Below are positions 11,143-23,400 of a stretch of 46,135 bases of DNA, one piece after another. Position numbers and translations under genes: made by a program. The stretch spans positions 90,855-136,989 of the forward strand of contig DF237173.1 of NCBI GenBank assembly GCA_000708835.1. The letters are read 5' to 3'. Position 1 is the first letter of the stretch, and every line of letters begins with the position of its first letter. The notes beneath the pieces are model-generated. The model did not search any database, was not told where the DNA came from, and saw nothing but the letters and a program-made list of their open reading frames with translations. The DNA comes from Klebsormidium nitens (lineage: Eukaryota > Plantae > Klebsormidiophyceae).

Positions 11143-11991
11143 TTAAATGCTACAAAAACTCCTGTGGTTAACCGGACACCTCATTTCGGGGGCGGCGGAG
11201 CAGGGATCACGGCCCGGAGGGGGGCAGGGCGCGGGCCAATTTAGGGAGGCGGAAATGACAATCGCCGGTGGGGGTGGAGCAGGAGTGGAGCACCGGTTGC
11301 AGGGGAAGGGTTGGCGGCGCTGCTTGTTGGAATTGGGGTGGGTGCGCTTGTCGTTGCAAGTGGGGAGGGTGTCAACTTGGCAGTCGGGGCGGGGGTAACT
11401 GGCGGCGGTGCCCCGGCATTCGCGGGCGGTGGACTCCCAGTCCCGGTGGGGGGGAGGCGGCAGCCTTGCCAAGGGGTGGGGGCGGGTTGACGGACGGGGA
11501 TGGAGCACCGATTGCAGGTGGCGGGCTGGCACTTTTGACGGGAGGCGGTGCATTTGAAGCAACTTGAGGGGGGGGTGTTTGAGCCACTTCCAAGGGGGGG
11601 TGGCGGGACGGGGGTGGGTGTGACGAGGGGCGAGCCGCTCGTTGGAAGGGGGCTGGGTGTTGGACGGGGGGTGGGTGCGCTTGTCGGCTTGGCAGTTGGG
11701 GCGGGGGTAACCGGCGGCGGTGCAACGCCTTTTGCGGGCGGTGGGTTCCTGTTCCCGTTGGGGGGTGGAGCGGCAACCGTGCCAACGGGGGGGGCGGGTT
11801 GACGGAAGCTTTCGGGGGCGGTTGCGCAAGCGGGGGGGAGGAAGTGGGCTTGGGTGGGGGGGATCCCTTCAGGGGGAGAGTTCTGGTCGGGGTTGTGACT
11901 AGTGGAGGAGCGGACGGCTTGTTTGGAGGAGCGGGGCTAGAAAGAATCGCCGGGGGGGGTGGGTTGGAGGCCTTTGCCGGAGGCGGAACGC
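11143..11991 (-). pseudogene. Proline-rich (extensin/AGP-type HRGP-like) coding segment with several frameshifts; pseudogene or assembly errors
   Basis: Acceptor tccttacag at 11992, then GVPPPAKASNPPPPAILSSPAPPNKPSAPP... and APPPVKSASPPPAIGAPSPSVNPPPP. An internal ~120-bp repeat (about 11690-11815 vs 11375-11495) only aligns in one protein frame if 1-nt shifts are allowed at G7-G8 runs (about 11790, 11572, 11450). Further shifts occur near 11285 and 11240. No 5' exon or signal peptide was found. Confidence 0.55.
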
Positions 11992-14435
11992 CTGTAAGGA
12001 ATCAAGACCCTGAGCAAGAAGCCCACATGGACACGACTTTGCTGTTCAGTCTGGAGTAACAACTATTGTGACTGCATTGCGACTATTGAACGGACTAGGG
12101 CACGCCGAAAAAGCCGTTTAATAGCCTGATTTTGACAAAAGCCACAGAAATTTAGAGACCCGTTGCACGAAGTCAAGCTACTTTACCCGCACCCTTCTCG
12201 GTCGGAATCTTTCGTAACGCTCTGCTCCTCTGCTCGGTGCTTTCAATGGATTGATCTTGGCGGCTATGTGCTCATATGAACCCTCCGAACTGAGATCGAT
12301 CCGATATTTTTCCAAGACGAAAGGGAAGTCTCGTCTCAAATCGAAGGGAAGATTCCTTGTTTAAAGAGAGGAAAATTCCGTGCAGAGAAAGTTCTAGGCC
12401 ATCAATAGAAAAGCTCTGGCTCCGAACTTGAATAGCCTACTCGCGATCGAGCAGGGAAAGCAATATTCTCCGCCGCACAAGAGATGAACGCGAACGAGAC
12501 GATCAACCTTGCCAAAGCAGATTTGAAAACACATCGGTTTTCCCTGACCTTTCAATTGAAAGAAACACAAGATGGTTTTGTACTCTACTCGAGGGTCAAT
12601 CGCATCCACGTTCGCCGCCCGCGCATAGCAAAGGGCATATACTGCGGACCAGTCTAGTTGACAAAGCTTACCTTATGTGGATTTAAGACAGGCAACTTGT
12701 GGTCTTGGCCGACGAATGTGAGATGCACAATACGGTGACTTATGATGCGAAGAATGCCGAGCTGCGCGAGTAAATGCGATGAACGAAAACGCTCCAGCTG
12801 GCGAGTCCTGCACGATGCCGTACGCTCAAGAATCAGAACCTGCACCGCAAATCCAGAGATCCAGCTTGACTGCGACGAACCCGTTCGGATGATCATGCAG
12901 GGTTGCATATGATCCATCATGGCTCGAGGGTTGTTCATATTGCCAATCGTTCATCGTTGCACCATATGAGACTCAAACATTGGAAGCCATGCAGCTTTTC
13001 TGACGTCTGCAGGTGGCATATTCTGGCACTAGGCCAGTCACTCTCCGGTGATTGCCAAGTTGTTACTGCCTTGCAGAGGCTCTCTCCATTTCTCCGCTTG
13101 CGGTAACTTAGTAGCGTACGGCTGCTGCCGCGGGAGCACTGCGTCCGTTCAAGTTCAATCAATGTTTCATATGTACTGCGCAAACTTGAAGCTATAAAGT
13201 GACCAAGTCTGTCGCTCTCGACTCGGAACATCTCGACATGGGAGTCTCGCTAGCAGGAGCTCTGGGATCCTGAACACCTCGTATGGGTTATCTTTATCTA
13301 GCTCGTACTCCTTTCTAGTATGATGTGGCTCACCAGGCTGCTCAGCGTCAAGTCAATAATCGACGACTAATTCGACCGATCTTTGCCCTTGTGAGCGCAG
13401 GCTGCATGAAACAACAAAAACACGTTACCGAGCCGCTTTCGCATGCTCTCAATTGTGTAATTCGGCACCGTGTTGACCACAATCACGTAGAATTCTCTCA
13501 TGTTCCATCAAATGCACGCGTTTCCGGATGCAAGCGCGGGCACAAATGATTTTTTGTTCATTCAAGAAGTGAGAAATTGCAGCACGTCATGCTACGTACT
13601 CACGATTATCAGCAACGATTATCCAGAAGTGTCACATGCAATGATATTGCTTGACTTGAGAAGCCTGACACGGCGCCTTTTTGGCACGTCTCGGCTGATC
13701 TTGGAGAAATGTCAGATGACGTCAGTCATGTCTGGGTCTCGAGTCCGCCAAGTAAATGTCGTGGGTCGGGCCGGCCAGAGTGAGAAGAGTTTGTTATCGT
13801 TCTACTGACTGCGTCTGACGTCAAGAATGTGTACCCATCTACCGTAAGCACCACGAAGAAAGCCGATGCTTTTGTTGTCACTAGCCTGCAGCTCTTTTGA
13901 GTAAACGCATAAGTCTGTTGAGGCGTACAGATTTTGACTTGTTTCGTCGGCGTGGGTAGCCTACTATTTTGACTTACTCGGGCGTGCAACGTCCTTCTAG
14001 ACTAGCTGCAGCTTTTCGAACGGTCGAACGGTCCTACCGTAAGCTCTGCGCGTGGTGTAACTTTGACGAATCAGTGTACTTTGAACGTAATCTGCAAACC
14101 GTTGCCGAAAGTGGACTAGTACACTTCCTGTAAGGGGACCCTTCAAAAGGGAAATATACCATGTCTACAAGGACGAACTCAGCCACAATTGTTGGGCCGA
14201 ACCTTATATGCAAATTCCTATATTTTTGGTACTAGTGACGCCGTTGCGGACGTAATATCTCTCACTGCGGATTCGAGACCTTTGGTCACAGTCTGTGTCA
14301 GGCTCGATTTACCATGACGAATTGGCCGGAGTATTGCCGTCGCTTAATCTCAAACGAGTCATGCCTTGATCAAGTTTATATAAGTGTTCCCCCGCAGTGG
14401 GCACTGCTCCCGCATAAGCTATACCTCGGGGGCGG

Positions 14436-17400
14436 TCACGCGCTCGTGGGCTTCCCTCCCGGCCGCTGCCATAGCTTATGAGTCTCGGGGTAAAGCGTAA
14501 CGTTCCATTTATGCCGCCGGTGCCGAATCTCCCTGTCTTGCTGCGCCACCCGGTTGGGGTCCACGCTGCTGACGTGGGCCACGTCCATGATGGCCAGTTT
14601 CGGGTACGCCACGCGCACGATCGTGCCGTTCACTGCACCACACGTGGCAGAGGGTGACGTCAGGACTTGAAGTTAGCCGCCTAGAACTTTCATGACAAGC
14701 AGGGAGGAACCCAGTTCCGAGAGACTTTTATATCAGATCTCCGGCAGTAGAAAAGCTGAACGTGACGTAGAGATCCGGGAAGACGCAGAAACAGAGCAGC
14801 AGTAACCCTGGCGGAGTACTTTCGGCGAACAACGGCAAACGCTGCCGTCCGCTTAGGATATCGTGAAGCGGCTTTTTGAGTCCAAAAAAAGTGTTGCCTG
14901 AAACTGAAATGAAACTCGAAAGTGGGCTCTCAAAGGGCTGGCTTCTCAGAAAGATGGAGGCTTGGTAGGATGCTGGGGAGTCAGTAAAGTCGACACAGTT
15001 TTCAACAAGCCCGTCGACTGGAAAGACTGGAAAGACGCTAGCGAAGTTCCAAATTGTTCCAGCCCTTGTTGTCTACATCACGCGGCTGCGACTGCGACTC
15101 CAGCAGCGTGTTGCTTTGAAAGTCGATCTCGTACGCACGCTTCCGACATTGCTGCAAAACGCCCACAAGTACCATTGCTCAGCCGGCTTGGATTCCAGAA
15201 GACCTGGTAAAACGGCCTCTGAAGGAAGCAATCGTGCGGCTTTGATAGCAGAGTTTAGTTTTGATTCCGGTGTCCTTACGTGTTATGTGCTTGAACACGT
15301 GGTCGAAGGGGAGGGATCCCCCGGCCAGCTGCCGGTTCGCCCAGTCAATCAGATATTGATACGTGTGCTGACTGTACAAAACGGCGAATGAGCCATACGA
15401 TCGCAGATTGGCGTTATAACACAGCTTCCCCGACGCATCGTAAACTCTGTGCTGTATCTCGTCCTCGACCCAGTTCCACGTGTCGGCCCGCCATTCGCTG
15501 GCGCCCAGCTTCAGGATGCCGCCCCTGCGGGCAATACAATCTTGCTCGGAGTCAGCTCCAGCGTGTTTGCTTTGAATCTTAACGGGCCAGCCTAAATCAT
15601 CCATCCAGGATTGAATCCTCTGTACAAGCAGAGTGGCAAGAAACTACCCATGAGCCTTTAACACTCTTGTGCAGGTCTCGGAAGAGCGTTTCACCGTTCT
15701 CCCACTACTAGAATTACCGGGCTGCGTTGCTGCCCTCAAGAAGTTAGCTTTGTCTAGTAGTCGTCTTTGTATCGTTCAGAATCAACGAGCGACCGGTTGA
15801 AAACCCGGTACAGAAAGAAGGCCTCACAGTCCCCCTCCATCAAGAATCCCTTTGGTGCAACAGCGAACGTCCATCCACAAAGAAACCGCGGAAAGGGATC
15901 GGTAAAAAGCAATGCCCTCAACGCAACCCCTCTTCCGGGTCGTTAAGAGGCGACCGGAAAGAGGGGTCAGCAAAAGCGAGGGCCTGACCCCACTTCTTCA
16001 ACAAGAAGCCGCCGCACCGGTCGTTTTCACCGAGTACATGCTCCTTCGCTACCTACTTTATGGGTTGCACAAACCTTCACAAAGTGAGCGGCGACATTGG
16101 TTGATAAAAAAGGAGCACCTTCTCAGGAAGTCCGCGCATCAATCACTATTGTCTCTCCAGCAACTGACCAAGCGTGGCTTAGCAACGCCTTTTTCTTATA
16201 CGCAATTGAAGAAATGGACTTGGGAAAAAGCCAAGGCCTTACATCCCCCCCCCCATCAAAAAATCCGTGCACCGATCGCTGCTCCTGAGTACGTGCTCCA
16301 GCCGCCGGCCGGATTCTTGGTGCAACAGCGAACCTCCATTCACAAGCGACCGAAGGAAGGGGTCGGTAGGAAGGATGCACTCAATCCGACCGCGAGAAGG
16401 GGGCTTTTAATCACAAGGGCCTTACCTTCCCTCCTCCATCAGAAACCCAGCACACCGGTCGCTGCTCCTGAGTATGTGCTCCAGCCGCCGGCCAAACTCT
16501 TGGTGCAACAGTGCATCGTCGTCGAACACCAGGAGCGCGCGCGCGCGCCGCTGCTGGGCGTCCGCCAACAGGTCCCGCATGGTCGCCAGATAGCCCACCT
16601 CGCCCGGCTTGAGCCGATAACCCGGGCGACCTGCATGCTAGCGTGCAAGATTTGTTCGTGTAAACTTCGAACCATGGGTTCGGGATTGCATTATGATTGT
16701 GGCCTAGTAGGCTGGACGCAGACAGAGACAGCTTTGAAATGGTGCGTTGCGGCGTTCTGGTCGCCTTATGCCAGCCATGTTTAATTCTCGCGACTTTAGC
16801 GGACTCCTCGCACATCCACCTCACACGACCTTGATCTGTGCCGTCAACAACACATGTGAGCATTCGAGCACCCACTGAAAAGCATCCGACGGCCAAAATA
16901 CTCTGATCAGTCCCTTGGCAGACGGTGCACTCTCGAGCAGCAAAAGCCTGCAAGAATCAAAGAACCCACTTTCACGATAAGAGCGGTACCTACCGGGCGG
17001 GATCGGATCTCTCTTCTGGTCCAGCGCAGGCACGTAATCTGGTTTGCCCGGGGCCTCGGTGGCTCGGGAGCCGTACCAGGGGCTCACTTTGATCCCGTGG
17101 GCCGCGGCCGCGGCCGCGACTCGCTGCCAGCGCTCCTGTAGAAAACGAGGCGAATGCAACTGTAGGTCAATACTCACGGGCCGTAAACATGGTTTGGTCA
17201 TCCAAGAACAATCGCATTCTTTATACTCCTGTACAAAGAGTGTTCGTTGCTGTCCAACCTTAACCTTCTCGTTGATGATTGGGAACGACAGGACAGGAGA
17301 GTTCTTTGGAGCGCTCGTTTAAAATGTGCGGCTGCCTTTGCGCGCTTAGTCGCACTTGTTTCGAAGACGAACTTTCCTCAATTTGTTTTCGGAGCCGATG

Positions 17401-20400
17401 CTGGGCTTCTTGATAATATTCGTGCAAGGAGGTGAATTCCAAGTCTTTGCCTCGATTAGTAGTTCGGGATCAACGGTAGAAGATCAAACTTTTGGTGGAG
17501 TTTGTATCGACCAAGCTTGGCAGGGACCACATCAGCGACTCGAATGCCACAAATTCCTGCCACCCACACTGTGAGAGTCCGTGTTCGTGGCCAGTAAAGT
17601 AAACAGACTTCGGCTGCCGGTTGTTCGAGGAAACTTGTTGTCAAGCGTCCTTGAGGATTTTATGGCGGACCAAAGAATTGCGTGCACGAGAAAGTGAAAA
17701 CCAGCAGAAGTGAGTCAAAAGACGAAAGCTCGCTGGTTAACGATCTTAGATTGACGTGTTGCTTATTACCTGGCCAGGCAGTGTCAAGACATACGCCTCG
17801 AACCCATCCAGGAAGCCTTTGACACTTCCGCGCGCTCCGCTTTCCGGTGGGCACTCCCTCGGCCGGAAGTCCAGCTTCTCTCGGAACAGAGTGGAGTAGC
17901 CTCTCCGCTCCAAAATATCCTGACTAACCGCGATCGGATTAACGTGACACGCGGGTTTGGGAGCCCCGGCTCCCTGTAACACGACTTTGGTCGAGCTCAC
18001 GACGCTAACCGTAGAGTTAACTACCTTGAGCACGGTTTGCTCAAATCCGCCCTCGACCACCAGCTGCCGGACTACGTGCTGACTTAGTGGGTTATGGCTT
18101 AACTCAAGGAAAAGTTTGACGAAATCCTCGAAGAAGTGTACATTTGACCCAAATCTCAGTTGCTCTAAATTGGGTAACCCTGGAGCGTCTAGAAACAGCT
18201 TTCGGCGGCCGTTTGCTGCTTCGTCCGGTGCTGACGTCAGCAGCAACGAAAGCGCCGCTCTTCCTTCGGGCGTCAAGACGTTTTCAAACGTAATCCTAAC
18301 GGCGTCGTAATAACCCAGGGTTTTTCTAATGGACGCAACTAAGTTGCTTAGGTTGACTGCAGGCAAAAGTTTCGGGGTAGCCCCCTGAGGGGCCACGGGG
18401 ACCGCCCTGACGTCAGCGCTTCCCCAGCAGAGCGCAGAGTGTGGCAAACCCTTTGGTTTGTTCCCCTGGTTAGCGCTAACCCTAACGAGCGCCGGAGCAC
18501 TTTCGGCTCGAATCGCCAGCTGGACGCTCCGTACGAACGTCCGGTTAAGCCCCGGTTTAGGCCTAACCTCCATCCTCGCACTCGACGTGGCCGCCCATTC
18601 CGCAGAGTCGCTCAGGATGACCCGTTGCTGAACGGAAACGGACTGGAGGTCAAATATTTCGCCGATTGGCACCACGTGGCAGTCTGCGGACTGGAGGTGC
18701 GCGAGCGAAGCCCCGTTTCGTGGGGAGGCCCTGTTGGCGCAGCCGCTGACTGAGACGTGGGAGGGCATAACGAAGGTGCGGTTCAAAAACAGGGCCTCGG
18801 TTAGGCCGCAGACGAGGCTGGAGTAGAGGCCGTCGAAGCCGGTCAGGCTTGAAAGGTGGATGTCTTCCCAATATAAGTACCTGCAAGCGGCAGAGAAACA
18901 GTATAGGTGATTGAGTAAGGCGTTGTTCGATCAAGAGCACTTCACATCTTTACAATCTCGTTGCCCAAACGCAAAAACAAAGAACCGACTAGTGCCAGGT
19001 TGCACAATCTGAAGAACCGGGCTGCGTTACACAGCTTCTCCATCGTTTCCTTGCACGGGCACGACACAAGGAGAATCCCACCATGGCATGGACAAAGTCT
19101 TTGCTAAGAAAAAATCCCCATTCGAAAACACAAACTTTCCATCACTTAGATGTTGGCGGCCGAAGACGAAGCCGTGCTTGACCTTCTGCGCAAATACCCG
19201 AACAGCCCACAGGAAAACGTCGCATGCAATCTCGCTAGCTCTGACACAGCTCTTACGCCGTACTAAATCAAACATGTCGCACCACATCTGCTGACGTCCC
19301 TTCAAAAGCTCACCTGGCCTTCTCCGTCACTTCCCGCATCTGCCGCCGCACGCTCTCCACGTGATCCGTCAGAAACCCCGGCGCACGCGGTTTCACAGGG
19401 TGCAGGCTGATCGCACCGGCGAGGGGGGGTGGGAGCACCGCCGGAACGACCCCCTGTTTCTTTCTCGCGGGCCCATCGTCACCCGTGACGTAATACTGCA
19501 CGAAGAGCTTCTTGAGGTCCCAGTGAGTGTACGGCTCCGCCTCGCAGCCGATGCCCACGTGGCGCGCCACGCACCGTCCGATCTCCGTGTCGGAGTGCTC
19601 GCTCGCCCAGTCGGCCTTGCAGGCCGCCACGTGGGGGCCCATGGCCGCGAGCGCGCGCGCGTTGAGGAGGTAGCCGGGGCCGCCCAGGCAGTACGGGATG
19701 ACGTCACCGTATCTGCATGGGAAGGTCCCAGGAAGTTCTGGACGCTTGACAGAACGGCAAGTTCCTTCATCCGGAACAGCGTGCTCTTATGAAACTCAGC
19801 GTGCCGTATCGTTGCGACGTATACTGCTAGTAATTAAAACAACGCCTAACGGCCCCCTTGCCTCGGAAGCCAGCAGATGAAGGGGAATAGAGACGAGCTT
19901 TGAGTTGCGAACACCTCAAAAATGAACCTCGGAATAGACACCTCCTCGCAGTCGGAAGAGGGCCGCTAAATTTTGCTGTCCTTTCCCGGAGCAGCCGGCA
20001 CTTCCAGAACGGTTTAAAGCAGGCAAACGCTTCACAAGCATCTTCGACATGACATGTCTCGTTACATTGCGTTCGAGCAAGATCCAAAACGAAAGGAAAG
20101 GGGGACGAAGTGGTCAACACATGAGGGTAAGGTACCCAACGACGACGCTGCAACAAGCAGTGTCAAATTTAGACCGTAGACGACTTCGACAACAGATGTC
20201 GCTTGAAAATTCCGTCCTACTTTGATCCATACAGAATCCAGACCACACAGGATTTCTGATGTCTAACAAGCTCGTATGGAAATTTTTTTGTCAACTCACT
20301 TTCCGAGGGGTAACCCGAGCTTGTGCCCCTGCCGGTCGCTCGGCCGCCCCTGCCCAGGGGCGCCCACGTAGAGCGGTCGGTTGGACCTCCCGGCCGCCGA

Positions 20401-23400
20401 AAAGCCGTGCAGAAAAGCCCGCAATCTGCCCGGTTCCACGTACGTGTCATCGTCGAGATGCATGAACCAGTCAAAGGCCCCCTGGAATTGCTGGTGTAAA
20501 TACTCCCACATCGCGAGGTCCTTGAGTCGGGGAGGGTACTCGTCGCTGCAGAATGGGCGGCAAATGAAACATAACGGAAAGCAGTTGGGTACTGTACTAT
20601 ATCTGAGGTCAGGGTCGAGCCGAATGGCTGAGGGTTGATCTTCGAGAGCGAACAAGGTCAAGAATCAGCTTTTAACTGCACGTGGCACGATTCTATTTTA
20701 GCAAGCCCGGTCCTCGGAGTCCCACACTTCGAGCGCAGGAGGGAAATGACTCATCATTTGGCCTCCTCTGAGGCTTCTCAATAACGAGGCCTATGCAATC
20801 CCCATACGCCTCTTGTGTCGTAGTCCACTGAACGAAGTGTTCCGTCTCAACGGACAGAAGCAAACAGACGGTCCAACAGAACATCCTCGCGGCGCTAAAA
20901 CCATAAGTCTGGATGAAAGAAAGAACTTCGTACTCACCTGACGTTCAGCCAGACTAAACGAATGCCCCCGTGCGCGCGTGCGAGCGCGTGCGCGCTCTCG
21001 TTGCTCGTGCTGTTGCCTACGAACACGATGACGTCAGCGTGCGGCGCCAGGACCGAGTAGAGCGGCACGAGGCGCTCGCGGAACTGCGACTCGGTCGCCG
21101 TCGAGAGCACGCCGATCAGGAGCGTCACGGGGGCGTCCGGGCTTGGGACTGCGGACGGACGTCCGGCGAGCTTCTGGACAACGGCGACCTGCGGGGGGGG
21201 GTTGTGAGGGGCTTAATATCTTCGAGGAACTGCGACTCGGTCGCCGTCGAGAGGACGCCGATCGGGAGCGTTATCGAATTGGGGGCCGCAGACGGCGGTC
21301 CGGCGAGCTCCCGGACAGCGGCGACCTGCAGGTGAAGGTTACCGGTGTTACGGGCTGTTAGGGTCACTAAATGAATCACGCTTGGTCGCCGTAGAGAGCA
21401 CGCCGATCAGGGTCCGTCACGGGGGCGTCAAGGTTCGGGACTGCGGACGGCCGTCCGGCGAGCTTGCCAACAACGGCGACCTGCGGATGGAGATTACGGG
21501 CTCTTAGGGTGTCAAGGAAATTACTTTCGGTCGTCGTCGACAGAACGGCGATCATGAGCGTCACGGGGGCGTCCGGATTTAGGGCCGCGGACGGCCGTCC
21601 GGCGAGCTTCTCGGACAACGGCGACCTGCGGATGGAGGTTTAATGGGCTATTAGGGTGTTAAGGAAAAAATTCTCGGTCGCCGTCGAGAGCACGCCGATC
21701 AGGAGCGTCACGGGGGCGTCCGGGCTCGCAGCCAAGGATGAACGTCGGCGGCTTTCGGACACTGGCGACCTGCGGATGTAAATTTGGGGTGTTTTGGTCG
21801 CAAAGAAATTGCAAACGGTTCCCGTCAAGAGCACGCCGATCAGGACCGTCGCATGGGGAACGGGGCCGCAAACGGCCGTCGGGCGGGTATTCAGATGCTT
21901 GCAATCCGCGATATCAGTTCTCAGAGCAAATAGTACGCGGTGTTCAAAGCGGGTTTAATGTTACTGTCCGCAAAAGCTCCCCAACCATGAGGTTGATACG
22001 GATAAGCTGCGAGATTTTACGATCTCAAAGCGACTTTGCGTCGGTAGTCGACAACGAGCTGGCCATGACCTTGGTGGGGCCGTCCGAGCTCAAGCCCCTG
22101 GACGATCAGGAGTCCTTGGATGAGACTTCTTTGAGTCCGCAGTCGCAAATTCGGAGCGTTAGGGAATGCTGTCGTGTCCAGATAGACTAACAGGATCTTT
22201 CAAGAAAGCCGTTGTTTGTACAGAAACAGATTAAAAGCACCCATTCCTTTAAAAGCCCGCGAACAGCCTGAGAGCACGCCTTCATTTCTTTTGTCATTAT
22301 CATTCTTCGGCGCTCAAGCAAAAGCAATAAGAGTCTCCACCCTCTTCCTCTCACATCTCAGAAAGTAACACCGTTACTGAACCTGCAACGTGATATCTGT
22401 ACAATGCGCCACGACACTATACAACAAAGAAGAAGAAATGCAAAACCGCAGTGGCATCAGAATTGCTGCTTTTGGCTAATCGTTCCGTGGCAAGAAGGAA
22501 GCATGCGTTCCGGTTCACGTCGAAGACAGGAGACTTTCACCTCCTTTCAACCCCAGGATTGCAGATGGTATATTATGGTCCCAAAGCCACTCATGCCCAA
22601 CATCGAAGCTGCTGAAACAGAGTGAATATAATAGAGATGGCTCTGCCAAGGGAACGGTCTGGAGCTCAATTACATCCCAATCTCTGCCAGAGACACTCGT
22701 TTGACTTGGGTCGGATTGTCTCACGCCGAACCCCACTACTCTCTTTTCAGTCTGAAAAGAAAGAGCGCTTCTCTTATGTCTTGAGAGACTGCAACTCAGG
22801 CGCGCCTACATTGTAAAGCCAAGAACTACACGAGTTTTTGGTACTTCACCAGGGATGGTTCTGGGCTGAGAATGGGCTGGTAAGAAAGTGGTTATACATC
22901 TGATAAACAGACCTGGGCGGAAGCCCAACCTTGGAACAAGGTTAAACCCACTGTTAATTGTCCAATAACCTGAGAATTAAGTCTGGTTATCAATCTGGTT
23001 AGCAGCCAAAACTTCCACTTCGGACGCACTAACCTGAGACTCGAGCATCTGCTGGCTGGCTGGCAGCCTCAGACTCAGCGCATCGAGTGCCAACAGCGCC
23101 GTCCCCCCCCCGCGATTGCGAAACTCGAGCCCCGCCCACAATTGCCACTCGAGGCCCCTGAATGCAACGCCGACCTCAGCCCAGCCCTCCGTCAGTCGAA
23201 CCTCCACCTCCCCCCCTTTCACAACGTGAAACCTCCTCTTGTCCCACGAATGTAGTACCAACTCAAATGGCGACAAACCTGAGCCGCGCAGGCGTAAGGC
23301 CACCCCTATGATACTGGGGAACGCGTCGTTCGATTCTAGCAGGAGAGACGAGCCCCCCGGAACAGAAACCTGCAGCGGTCCCACCAGGCTCGTCTCTAGT

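Noticed and set aside
11147-12059. Gly-rich plus-strand ORFs
   Set aside because: They are the antisense of the Pro-rich sequence. The splice acceptor and HRGP-like composition favour the minus strand.
12670-12840. Exon-like block on the minus strand (VLILERTASC...LNPHK)
   Set aside because: Splice sites are plausible, but the phase does not join the Pro-rich exon and the peptide is not recognisable.
16535-16548. (CG)n runs as Z-DNA elements (also near 19650 and 20975)
   Set aside because: They lie in GC-rich exons encoding Arg/Ala and are explained by codon content.
15912-16784. 290-aa plus-strand ORF with repeated APEYVLQPPA
   Set aside because: It is the antisense reading of the GT25 exon and its donor-side repeat array.
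16990-16994. Donor AG|GTACCG at 16990
   Set aside because: It puts the next exon out of frame. G|GTAGGT at 16994 restores the GT25 motif.
14436-20545. Calling the gene a chondroitin synthase (CHSY) orthologue
   Set aside because: Only the N-terminal GT31 domain matches. The GT7-type C-terminal domain is absent and is replaced by O-FucT-like and GT25-like domains.
21095-21910. CRISPR array, or recursive-splicing ratchet points (CAG|GT)
   Set aside because: The units are long, fully homologous and lack unique spacers, in a eukaryotic intron. GTCGCC is a poor donor compared with the GTGAG/GTAAG donors used across this window.
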